Shown one piece after another: positions 9,662 through 16,952 of a stretch of DNA of 64,000 bases. Below the pieces are notes generated by a model that saw only the letters and a program-made list of their open reading frames with translations, made no database searches and was not told where the DNA came from. The stretch is from an uncultured Bacteroidota bacterium (GTDB lineage Bacteria > Bacteroidota > Bacteroidia > Bacteroidales > WCHB1-69), in the NCBI GenBank assembly GCA_942493315.1, contig OW818690.1, positions 2,311,275-2,375,274 on the forward strand. The letters run 5' to 3'. Within the stretch, counting starts at the first letter, position 1; the number at the start of each line of letters is the position of its first letter. The position numbers were made by a program, and so were the translations under genes.

Positions 9662-10123
9662 TTATTCAATAATTAATACAAAACCTTCATCCCATATTTC
9701 AGTTAATAATAATTTTTTATTTGTAAAATTTTCCAATTCTTTAATAAATTCAGAAATTTTTAAACTATCCATTTGAAGTTCTTTGTAATATTCAAATCTA
9801 AAATATTGATCTTTTTTAAATGAAATTTTATTTTCATTTTTTGAAATAAAATTTTTACAATCTATTAGATATTCTTTATTTGATAAATTTTCACATTTTC
9901 CTGATAATGCAATCCTAAGAGAATATCTTCCATCTGTAAAAATCATTTTATACATACTACAATCATTATATAAAATTGTATCATAGTCTGTATAATTAAA
10001 TTTTTGATTTTCTGACTTATAAGATGAACTTTTGTTACAACTACTAAAAATCAATACAATCGCAATAATATTTACAATAATTAATTGTCTTAATATTTTA
10101 TTTAATCTTCTTCTAAAACCCAT
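9662..10123 (-). CDS. Hypothetical lipoprotein (candidate immunity protein)
   Basis: 153 aa. Lipobox-like IVLIFSSCNKSS after a basic N-terminus. It lies directly downstream of the truncated Rhs leader fragment at 10171-10237. I recognised no homology. Confidence 0.5.
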   Translation of the reverse strand: MGFRRRLNKILRQLIIVNIIAIVLIFSSCNKSSSYKSENQKFNYTDYDTILYNDCSMYKMIFTDGRYSLRIALSGKCENLSNKEYLIDCKNFISKNENKISFKKDQYFRFEYYKELQMDSLKISEFIKELENFTNKKLLLTEIWDEGFVLIIE

Positions 10124-10170
10124 ATTTCTAGTGTAAAGTTACTGTTTTAATATCCGGTTTTTATGTTGAT

Positions 10171-10237
10171 TTCTCTACGTAATCCGTTAAGGTTCATCGG
10201 GTTGAAATTAAAAAAGCAAAGATATGAATTAAATTGG
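10171..10237 (-). pseudogene. Truncated Rhs cassette leader, fragment F2
   Basis: The minus strand carries ccaatttaattcatatctttgc followed by ..NFNPMNLNGLRREIN and then diverges. It is homologous to 13630-13698. Confidence 0.7.
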
Positions 10238-10280
10238 AAATATGAAAATTAAAAAAGACTTATCGTTAATTTTTATTTTT

Positions 10281-10973
10281 TTATTTCCAAATGATTTTTG
10301 TCCTTTTTTTATCAATAATAGGTAAATAACTCTCATAGTCCTCATTATTCATATATAGTTGATAATCATGTTGTAAAACAAAAATTTTATTTTTATAACT
10401 TTTAAGAGTAGCATGATCTCCACATGTCCAATTCATTACAAGTATATCTAAGACATTATCTCCATTAAAATCACCAATAAAATCTGAGAACTGGGTAAAT
10501 ATCTCTTCATTTGCAACTAAATCCAAACTTTTAGTAAAAATGAAATGGAAATATTGTTCGTATGAAGTTGGAGCCATATTATATATACTGACAACAACAT
10601 CATACATAGTGTCTTTTTCAAAACTAAATTCTGTAATATATACAACTAATGGCTCATGTGTTTCAGTTGAATCTGTTATGGGTTCATCCCCAATAACTGC
10701 TTTCAAAGTCCATTGTACGTTACTGTCAGAAAAACAGATTGGTTCCACTATTTTTAAATATTCAAATTCTTCCATGTTTTCACCAACAGAATATTCATGA
10801 ATGATATTCACAGATTTCAATATTAACTTCTCGAACAAAAATTCATTTTGATGATTTATATACCGTTGGACTTTTTTTATAGAATTATCTTGTGCCATTG
10901 AAAACAAACACATCAACAGTAAATTGAAAATTAATATAGATTGTTTCATTGTTTTGGTTTTGGAAAATTCCAT
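10281..10973 (-). CDS. Hypothetical secreted protein
   Basis: 230 aa. Signal peptide KQSILIFNLLLMCLFSMAQD. It contains a GDFNGDNVLDILV motif resembling an FG-GAP/VCBS calcium loop. Confidence 0.5.
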   Translation of the reverse strand: MEFSKTKTMKQSILIFNLLLMCLFSMAQDNSIKKVQRYINHQNEFLFEKLILKSVNIIHEYSVGENMEEFEYLKIVEPICFSDSNVQWTLKAVIGDEPITDSTETHEPLVVYITEFSFEKDTMYDVVVSIYNMAPTSYEQYFHFIFTKSLDLVANEEIFTQFSDFIGDFNGDNVLDILVMNWTCGDHATLKSYKNKIFVLQHDYQLYMNNEDYESYLPIIDKKRTKIIWK

Positions 10974-11030
10974 ATTAAATAAAATACATTGCCAATTTTT
11001 TTATTCGATTTACTCTTTTATGATTTTTTT

Positions 11031-11681
11031 CTAATCTATGATTTTTTTACCTGAAGGAAAATATAAAAGATATTTAGCATTTTCAATATTACAGTCTTCA
11101 ACAATTCCAAGAAAAAACCCATCACAAATATACCCAAAAGATGAATCTTTATAACTACAAAAGAGTTCACCAACAATGGAATCTCCAATATTTATATTTT
11201 CAGATGATACATTTAATTTTACTTTTTGAGGTTTAAATGAATGAACTGAACAATCTGAATTAAAAATTAAAATTACATCATGTTGCTTTTTTGCAATTTT
11301 AATAAAAATTGAAGAGGAATTTATACAATTTCCATTGGATATGATGATATAAATACTTTCATCAAATTTAAAACATCTTGAAGTGAAAAAGTAATCATGA
11401 TTTTTAAATTCATTAAATTCCTTTATAAAAATTTCACCAAATACTTTTGAACCAAAGTATGTGTTCATGGATAAATGGTCAGTTTTAGAGTTTTTTATAG
11501 ATAAATTATTTAATTCATTTGAATATTTTTGTATTAAATTGGGGTCAATGTTCATTGATTGCTCATTCATTTCTTGCTGCTTTTTCATGTTGTCACAATT
11601 AAAAAAAAGAAAGCTAAAAAGCAAAATGACAACTAATATAATTTTTTTTTGCATATATATTATTTTTTTATGATCTAGCAT
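11031..11681 (-). CDS. Hypothetical lipoprotein
   Basis: 216 aa. The probable start is MQKKIILVV, with lipobox LFFNCDN. It is preceded at 11764-11785 by the same leader word (ccaatttaattcatatctttgc) found upstream of the Rhs fragments. Confidence 0.5.
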   Translation of the reverse strand: MLDHKKIIYMQKKIILVVILLFSFLFFNCDNMKKQQEMNEQSMNIDPNLIQKYSNELNNLSIKNSKTDHLSMNTYFGSKVFGEIFIKEFNEFKNHDYFFTSRCFKFDESIYIIISNGNCINSSSIFIKIAKKQHDVILIFNSDCSVHSFKPQKVKLNVSSENINIGDSIVGELFCSYKDSSFGYICDGFFLGIVEDCNIENAKYLLYFPSGKKIID

Positions 11682-11950
11682 CGTTTAAAAAAACATTTGA
11701 TTGAATGATCTCTAATTGTTATCTAATTCTCTAATTTTCATGGTTTTTTATTTGTTTCAGAAAGCAAAGATATGAATTAAATTGGGATTAATTTTTAAAA
11801 AAAAGTTTTAAAAATCATTAAGGGGAGAAATTATAATATTCCGGGAAAGTGTTGGTTTTATTTTTTGTAAATAAATTATTAGTAGATGTTTATAAACTGT
11901 TGTTTTTTTTAATCAAACACTTTCCACACTTTCTCGGAATAATGAATGAA

Positions 11951-12290
11951 TACCCAATTTAAATAGGTTTGAAGATTTTTGATATTCCAAATTTCCCTTA
12001 TTGACGAAAAAGTATTAAAAGGTGAAATCTCGTCATTAAGAAGTAGTAGTGACAATTTTCCAAATTGGAAACTGCAATGAATCGGATTAAGATTTGTATT
12101 AATAATTTGATAATAAAAAAATATCACAGAGTTTCACAATGTTTAAAAGATGTATCACAGTGAAGATAGGTCTGAATTTTTAAATTTACAACCCACCGCC
12201 TTGTTCATAATCCCCAAACGGGAACTGCCGTAAATGGGGCGCTTGCTGGTAGTGGGTTCTCTATGTAATCCGTTAAGGTTCATGGGGTTG
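11951..12290 (-). repeat. 0.3-kb repeat, copy 2: longer Rhs-core 5' fragment (12195-12290) plus the shared tail
   Basis: The minus strand reads NPMNLNGLHREPTTSKRPIYGSSRLGIMNKAVGCKFKNSDLSSL*. It is near-identical to 7316-7622 in the tail and homologous to 13560-13660 in the coding part. Confidence 0.85.
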
Positions 12291-12338
12291 GGATTGAAAA
12301 TATTTAGTAATCCAAAAAAGCTATTATTTATGACAAAA

Positions 12339-12839
12339 TTAAATTTTCTTCATGAGTTTTTTCTTAAAACAATTAAACTTTTCAAATTTATTATTAAACA
12401 AATATTTTGTTAGCAAAATATGACCAAATAAATAAAAAAATAATATACCTAACAACAATATTAAATCTATAGTAAAAGATTTATTTTGAAAAACTTTATT
12501 GACAATTTCAAATAATATGTATGTTATTCGACTAAAAGCGAAAATAATAAGATATAATAAATCAAATCCATTCAGGTAATCCATCCCTAAATATAAAAAT
12601 AAAAGAAAAAAAATCATTGTAATTGGAATGTATATTTCACTATATCTAATTCCACCAATCAGTACTAATAAAAATATTAAAATCGATTGAATGATTCCAA
12701 AACTAAAATACTCCCAAAAAGTGTATTCATTATATAAAGTAGAGATTTCATTACAAATAATAATTCCTATAATATTTAAAAAAGTTAGAATAAGTAAAAA
12801 AATAATTGAAAATCTTATTGAATTTTTTAATCTTTTCAT
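12339..12839 (-). CDS. Hypothetical polytopic membrane protein (candidate immunity protein)
   Basis: 166 aa, about 4-5 hydrophobic helices (IIFLLILTFLNIIGIIIC.., SILIFLLVLIGG.., ITMIFFLLFLYLG..). It lies downstream of the only intact Rhs-core and toxin tip. Confidence 0.5.
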   Translation of the reverse strand: MKRLKNSIRFSIIFLLILTFLNIIGIIICNEISTLYNEYTFWEYFSFGIIQSILIFLLVLIGGIRYSEIYIPITMIFFLLFLYLGMDYLNGFDLLYLIIFAFSRITYILFEIVNKVFQNKSFTIDLILLLGILFFYLFGHILLTKYLFNNKFEKFNCFKKKLMKKI

Positions 12840-12841
12840 AG

Positions 12842-13051
12842 TTATTTATCTTGATATTTTTTAAGTTTTTTTGCATTTTCAACTCCAATATTAATTTTTG
12901 AATCTATTGTAGCTCGTAAAAATTCTGTCACATGGTCAAGAAAACGATCCCTAACTAAACCTTGACTTATTAAAGCATTTTCAACTACACATTCAATTAG
13001 TCTTGCATTTAATCTCGTTTCTAACCCACAAATTTTCCTTGTCCTATCCAT
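12842..13051 (-). CDS. Small ORF overlapping the toxin 3' end: either an immunity gene or a frameshifted toxin C-terminus
   Basis: 69 aa. Its ATG lies 31 nt inside the upstream ORF, just after an A6 run (13053-13058, minus strand). A +1/-1 slip there would fuse the two frames. Confidence 0.35.
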   Translation of the reverse strand: MDRTRKICGLETRLNARLIECVVENALISQGLVRDRFLDHVTEFLRATIDSKINIGVENAKKLKKYQDK

Positions 13052-13659
13052 CTTTTTTGAGAAATATTTGATGTAATAAAAGTAGCTATACTATTTCTTT
13101 CATCAGGAACAGACTGCTCAGTAAATGTACCGTCAAGAAACATTGTAACAGAATAAGTACCATTACCTAAAGGTCCATAATCTTCAACGTTTTTATAATT
13201 TACTTTTGTTATCTCAGGTGAGATTCTATCAACAGAATACTTTGTAATGATGATATACTTTTCCATACCATCCAAATCAATAGCCCAAATCGGTGAATTC
13301 TCAGCAAAAGCATAAGTACTGTTCCAAGGGTAGTCACTTCTCAGCGGATCCACGCTCCAAAACCGTCCAATCCGAGCATCATACATTCTGTATTGAAAAG
13401 CGTAGTTTAATTTATCTCCATAAATCTCATTATCTCCTTCCTGTCCATTAAACCCATACTGATACCCAGTACTATGTGTTCTAAAACTAATCGGGTAGCC
13501 AAAGGGGTAGTAGTTAGTGAGGGAAGGGTAAAAAGACGGCAGACTACAGACCGCAGACTTCGGACTTTTGACCGCCTTGTTCATAATCCCCAAACGGGAG
13601 CTGCCGTAAATGGGGCGGTTGCAAGTAATAGGTTCTCTATGTAATCCGTTAAGGTTCAT
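13021..13659 (-). CDS. Stand-alone Rhs repeat-associated core domain with a ~75-aa variable C-terminal (toxin) tip, no YD-repeat shell
   Basis: The core block reads IYGSSRLG...YYPFGYPISF...YQYGFNGQEGDNEIYGDKLNYAFQYRMYDARIGRFWSVDPLRSDYPWNSTYAFAENSPIWAIDLDGME, which resembles the Rhs core domain (TIGR03696-type). Unrelated sequence follows. The start is set at the conserved ATG (MNLNGLH). The ORF-track TTG at 13680 falls inside the putative -7 box. Confidence 0.8.
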   Translation of the reverse strand: MNLNGLHREPITCNRPIYGSSRLGIMNKAVKSPKSAVCSLPSFYPSLTNYYPFGYPISFRTHSTGYQYGFNGQEGDNEIYGDKLNYAFQYRMYDARIGRFWSVDPLRSDYPWNSTYAFAENSPIWAIDLDGMEKYIIITKYSVDRISPEITKVNYKNVEDYGPLGNGTYSVTMFLDGTFTEQSVPDERNSIATFITSNISQKRWIGQGKFVG

Positions 13660-13676
13660 GTGGTTGAAATTGAGGA

Positions 13677-13698
13677 GCAAAGATATGAATTAAATTGG
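13677..13698 (-). promoter_or_regulatory. Conserved cassette leader word containing a -7 box (TATCTTTG)
   Basis: The minus strand ccaatttaattcaTATCTTTGc recurs at 10216-10237 and 11764-11785, each time upstream of a cassette ORF or Rhs fragment. Confidence 0.45.
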
Positions 13699-13715
13699 GA
13701 AGAATTAATAATTCA

Positions 13716-14354
13716 TTACTTTTGTTTATTTAATTCTTCCAAAAATTGTTCTAAAATAGATTTATCGAATTGAGAGTTTGTGAAAAAATCAATGTACTCA
13801 CTATCGCTTTTAAATTGTACTGTTAATGATTGAAAATTTCCAATTTCTCTTCCGAAAAATGAAGATGTTTTTTTGTAAACAATCATATATATTTCATTTT
13901 TATACCAGTATAATTCAAAATCATTTTCAAGATTGGATGTACTTCCTATTGTAATTAAATATTGGTCGTTTTTAAAATAAACATTTTTACCTACAAGAAA
14001 TTTATTTTGGAAGAATAGAGAGATTTCATCTAACATTTTATGTAGAAAAAAATAACTTGAATCATTAAAAACATATAACTCATATTCTAACTTAGACCAT
14101 CTATACCTTTTTTGCTCAAACATAGAAAAATAAGTAGGGCTTTTATGAAGTTTACAAAAACTAAATTTATTTGCGATTACTGTTTTTTCATATAAAACAA
14201 TAGTATCAACATTCAATTCTCGAATTTTATAGATATCTGAAATTAAAATGTTACTAAATTCTTTAAATTTGTTTTTTTTGGTCTCACCCTGTGAAAAACA
14301 AGGTTTGTAAACTAAAATAAATAGAATAAATAAAAAAAAATATTTAAGGTTCAT
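13716..14354 (-). CDS. Hypothetical secreted protein
   Basis: 212 aa with signal peptide MNLKYFFLFILFILVYKPCFSQ. I recognised no homology. Confidence 0.5.
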   Translation of the reverse strand: MNLKYFFLFILFILVYKPCFSQGETKKNKFKEFSNILISDIYKIRELNVDTIVLYEKTVIANKFSFCKLHKSPTYFSMFEQKRYRWSKLEYELYVFNDSSYFFLHKMLDEISLFFQNKFLVGKNVYFKNDQYLITIGSTSNLENDFELYWYKNEIYMIVYKKTSSFFGREIGNFQSLTVQFKSDSEYIDFFTNSQFDKSILEQFLEELNKQK

Positions 14355-14517
14355 TTTAATATTGGTTTAACCTCCTGTTTTAAAGATAGGGTTATATTTT
14401 ATTTAAGAATGCAAATATACATCTTTTTAAACAGAATATTTTTTTATTTCACAAAGTTCTTCAAAGTTTTAAAGAAGTTTTTATCGATACTATTCACAAA
14501 TATTTTGTCATAAACAA

Positions 14518-14910
14518 ATATAACGCTCCGCTGGAGCGGGGTTGTTTGGTCGGAGGTTGTTTGGCTACCAATATAACACTCCTTTGGAGCGGGGTTGTTT
14601 GGTCGGAGGTTGTTTAGCTACCAATATAACACTCCTCTGGAGCGAGGTTGTTTGGTCGGAGGTTGTTTAGCTACCAATATAACGCTCCTCCGGAGCGAGG
14701 TTGTTTGGTCGGAGGTTGTTTAGCTACCAATATAACGATCCTCTGGAGCGAGGTTGTTTGGTCGGAGGTTGTTTAGCTACCAATATAACGCTCCTCCGGA
14801 GCGGAGTTGTTTGGTCGGAGGTTGTTTAGCTACCAATATAACACTCCTCTGGAGCGAGGTTGTTTGGTTGTGTATTTTGTTTGGCTACCAATATAACGCT
14901 CCGATATAGA
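14518..14910. repeat. Tandem repeat: 7 full units and 1 partial unit of 53 bp (one unit is 55 bp)
   Basis: Units start at 14518, 14571, 14624, 14677, 14730, 14783, 14836 and 14891. The consensus is atataacRCTCCnnnGGAGCgRggttgtttggtcggaggttgtttRgctacca. Each unit holds a 4-5 bp hairpin with a variable 3-nt loop and an internal ggttgtttgg duplication. Confidence 0.95.
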
Positions 14911-15503
14911 AGACTACAGACAACGGACTGCGGACTACAGACAAATGAATAATGAATAATGAATAATGAATAATGAATAATGAAAAATTTTGTGCAATTT
15001 CAAACTAACCTCGTCGAACGTTTAACGTCGAACGTTTAACGTCGAACTTCGAACGTTTAACGTCGAACTTCGAACGTCTCCAGTCTCCAGTCAAAAAAAA
15101 CCGCTTGCGGTTTTGCGCGTTAGGGATGTGGAGGGCGCGAAGCGGTACGAACCGGAACGAGCGCCGCGATGATTGAACTGTTCTGGTGATCAATATCTTA
15201 AGCGAAGTGCGGTGAAGTACGGGAGCGAAGCGGACCCCGGAACAAGCCCGACGGCAGCAGGGTTGGATCGTGGGTTGGGTGCTGCCGGAACGCCCTAATT
15301 AATAAGCTAATATGCTAATGAGATAATAAGTTAATTGGGGGAAAGGGACAAGGGGAAGGGGAAAGAAGTAAAAAGTAAGAAGTAAGAAGTAAGAAGTAAA
15401 AAATAAAAAGTAAAAAATAAACCTGATACCTGTTACATGATACCTGATACCTAAAACCCTCTAAACCTTCTACTATCGACCATAGACCATAGACTATCGA
15501 CTT
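14909..15503. repeat. Composite intergenic repeat element, copy B (GC-rich core at about 15098-15296)
   Basis: The module order is actacagac/ggactgc, aatgaata x5, caatttcaaactaacc, (tcgaacgtttaacg)n, ctccagt x2, A8, the GC-rich core, gccctaat, taagctaat words, G-rich ggggaaagg words, aagtaaga/aagtaaaa, cctgatac, and ctatcgac/catagac. Confidence 0.85.
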
Positions 15504-15506
15504 TGT

Positions 15507-15881
15507 TTATTTCACCGTTTTGACTACAAATCCCATCACTATCGTGCCGATGAGTCCGATGGCGATGATTAGTATTCTGATTGAGGTTACTTTGATTAAA
15601 AATACTACAGAAATGGTGATCATCAGCCACATCAGGAGGATGGAATACCACTTTACTTGTAACGTGATCCCGCGCTTGTCATGAAATTTTTGAATGTATC
15701 GTCCTAAATATTTGTGTGTGATGAGTTTACGATATAAATAGTCGGAACTCCTTAGAAATAATGCTGCGGATAATAGTAAAAATGGGGTAGTGGGTAACCC
15801 CGGAATCACAATTCCTAAAATCCCTAAAAATAATGATACTGAACCTAAAAAAATGAATAAAAGCTTGAGGATGAACTTCAT
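15507..15881 (-). CDS. ybaN: YbaN-family (DUF454) inner-membrane protein
   Basis: 124 aa. The characteristic GILGIVIPGLPTTPFLLLSAALFLRSS motif is followed by two further TM helices. Confidence 0.8.
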   Translation of the reverse strand: MKFILKLLFIFLGSVSLFLGILGIVIPGLPTTPFLLLSAALFLRSSDYLYRKLITHKYLGRYIQKFHDKRGITLQVKWYSILLMWLMITISVVFLIKVTSIRILIIAIGLIGTIVMGFVVKTVK

Positions 15882-16942
15882 ATAGACTTTCTGTAATTCA
15901 AATAGACATCATCTATCCCTTTTTCTAAACTTATTGAAGGAGTAAATCCTAATTTATTTAATAAGCTGATATCCAGTTGTTTTTTGTAGGTGCCATCCGG
16001 TTTGGTATGATCCCACACTAAAGTGCCCTTGTATTGTACAATTTTTTGAACCAATAAAGCTAAATCATGGATCGTTAAATCGATTCCCGTTCCAATATTG
16101 ATATGCGTTTCCTGAAACTGATTGTATAATTGTACTCCGGAAACATGCTCCATGATATGAACACAGGCTGCTGCCATATCCTGCACATGTAGAAATTCCC
16201 GGTATATTTTCCCGGTACCCCATAATGTTACCTTTTCGGAATTGATTCCATATTTGTTCAAAACTTGGATAATCTCCTCATCTGTAGCGTGTTGATCCAC
16301 TTTTTCTATTGGGTAATGGGCTAAATCTTTTCTTAAATCTTCCCATTTTTGTTCATTTAAGAGCTTGCCTAAGTGCATTTTACGGATCAATGCGGGCAAA
16401 ACATGCGATTTTTCAAGATCATAATTGTCATTTTCCCCATACAAATTGGTGGGCATCACGGAAATAAAATCGGAGCCGTATTGTCTGAAGTAATTTTCAC
16501 ACATTTTGATCCCTGCAATCTTGGCAATGGCGTAAGGTTCATTGGTTGGTTCCAAAATACCGGTTAACAAACTGTTTTCTTTGATGGGCTGATCAGCAAA
16601 TTTGGGATAAATACAACTACTTCCTAAAAAAAGGAGCTTCTTAACCTGATTCTGATGGGCCGCATGAATCACATTATTCTGAATCATAAGGTTCTCATAA
16701 ATAAACTGAGCCCTGTAAGTGTTGTTGGCTAAAATTCCACCCACTTTGGCAGCTGCTAAGAAAACATAATCGGGTTTATGGACTTTAAAAAAATCGGAAG
16801 TAGCTTGTTGGTTGGTTAAATCCAATTCATCGAAAGATCGAAGTATAAAACGAGAGTATCCCCGGTTTTTCAATGCTTTCAAAAGGGCAGATCCCACCAT
16901 TCCGTTATGACCTGCAATGTAAATCAAACCATGATGATCCAT
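15878..16942 (-). CDS. fcl: GDP-L-fucose synthase (GDP-4-keto-6-deoxy-D-mannose 3,5-epimerase/4-reductase)
   Basis: 354 aa. Rossmann motif IYIAGHNGMVGSAL and catalytic Y-x3-K in EPYAIAKIAG. It lies directly downstream of gmd. Confidence 0.9.
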   Translation of the reverse strand: MDHHGLIYIAGHNGMVGSALLKALKNRGYSRFILRSFDELDLTNQQATSDFFKVHKPDYVFLAAAKVGGILANNTYRAQFIYENLMIQNNVIHAAHQNQVKKLLFLGSSCIYPKFADQPIKENSLLTGILEPTNEPYAIAKIAGIKMCENYFRQYGSDFISVMPTNLYGENDNYDLEKSHVLPALIRKMHLGKLLNEQKWEDLRKDLAHYPIEKVDQHATDEEIIQVLNKYGINSEKVTLWGTGKIYREFLHVQDMAAACVHIMEHVSGVQLYNQFQETHINIGTGIDLTIHDLALLVQKIVQYKGTLVWDHTKPDGTYKKQLDISLLNKLGFTPSISLEKGIDDVYLNYRKSI

Positions 16943-16952
16943 AACAAAAATT

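Noticed and set aside
11909-12127. 72-aa minus-strand ORF inside repeat copy 2
   Set aside because: It lies in the shared non-coding tail. One of the two copy-a/copy-b mismatches falls inside this ORF. It has no start context and no recognisable features.
14518-14910. Possible CRISPR array (regularly spaced repeats with a small palindrome)
   Set aside because: The whole 53-bp unit repeats head to tail with no unique spacers. No cas genes or leader-like context are present. It is a plain tandem repeat.
15098-15296. GC-rich core as a known small RNA (SRP RNA, tmRNA, RNase P or a tRNA fragment)
   Set aside because: The ccggaa...gcagc stretch only loosely recalls SRP helix 8. There is no tRNA-like acceptor/T-arm and no RNase P or tmRNA consensus blocks. 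Two diverged copies in opposite orientations argue against a single-copy housekeeping RNA.
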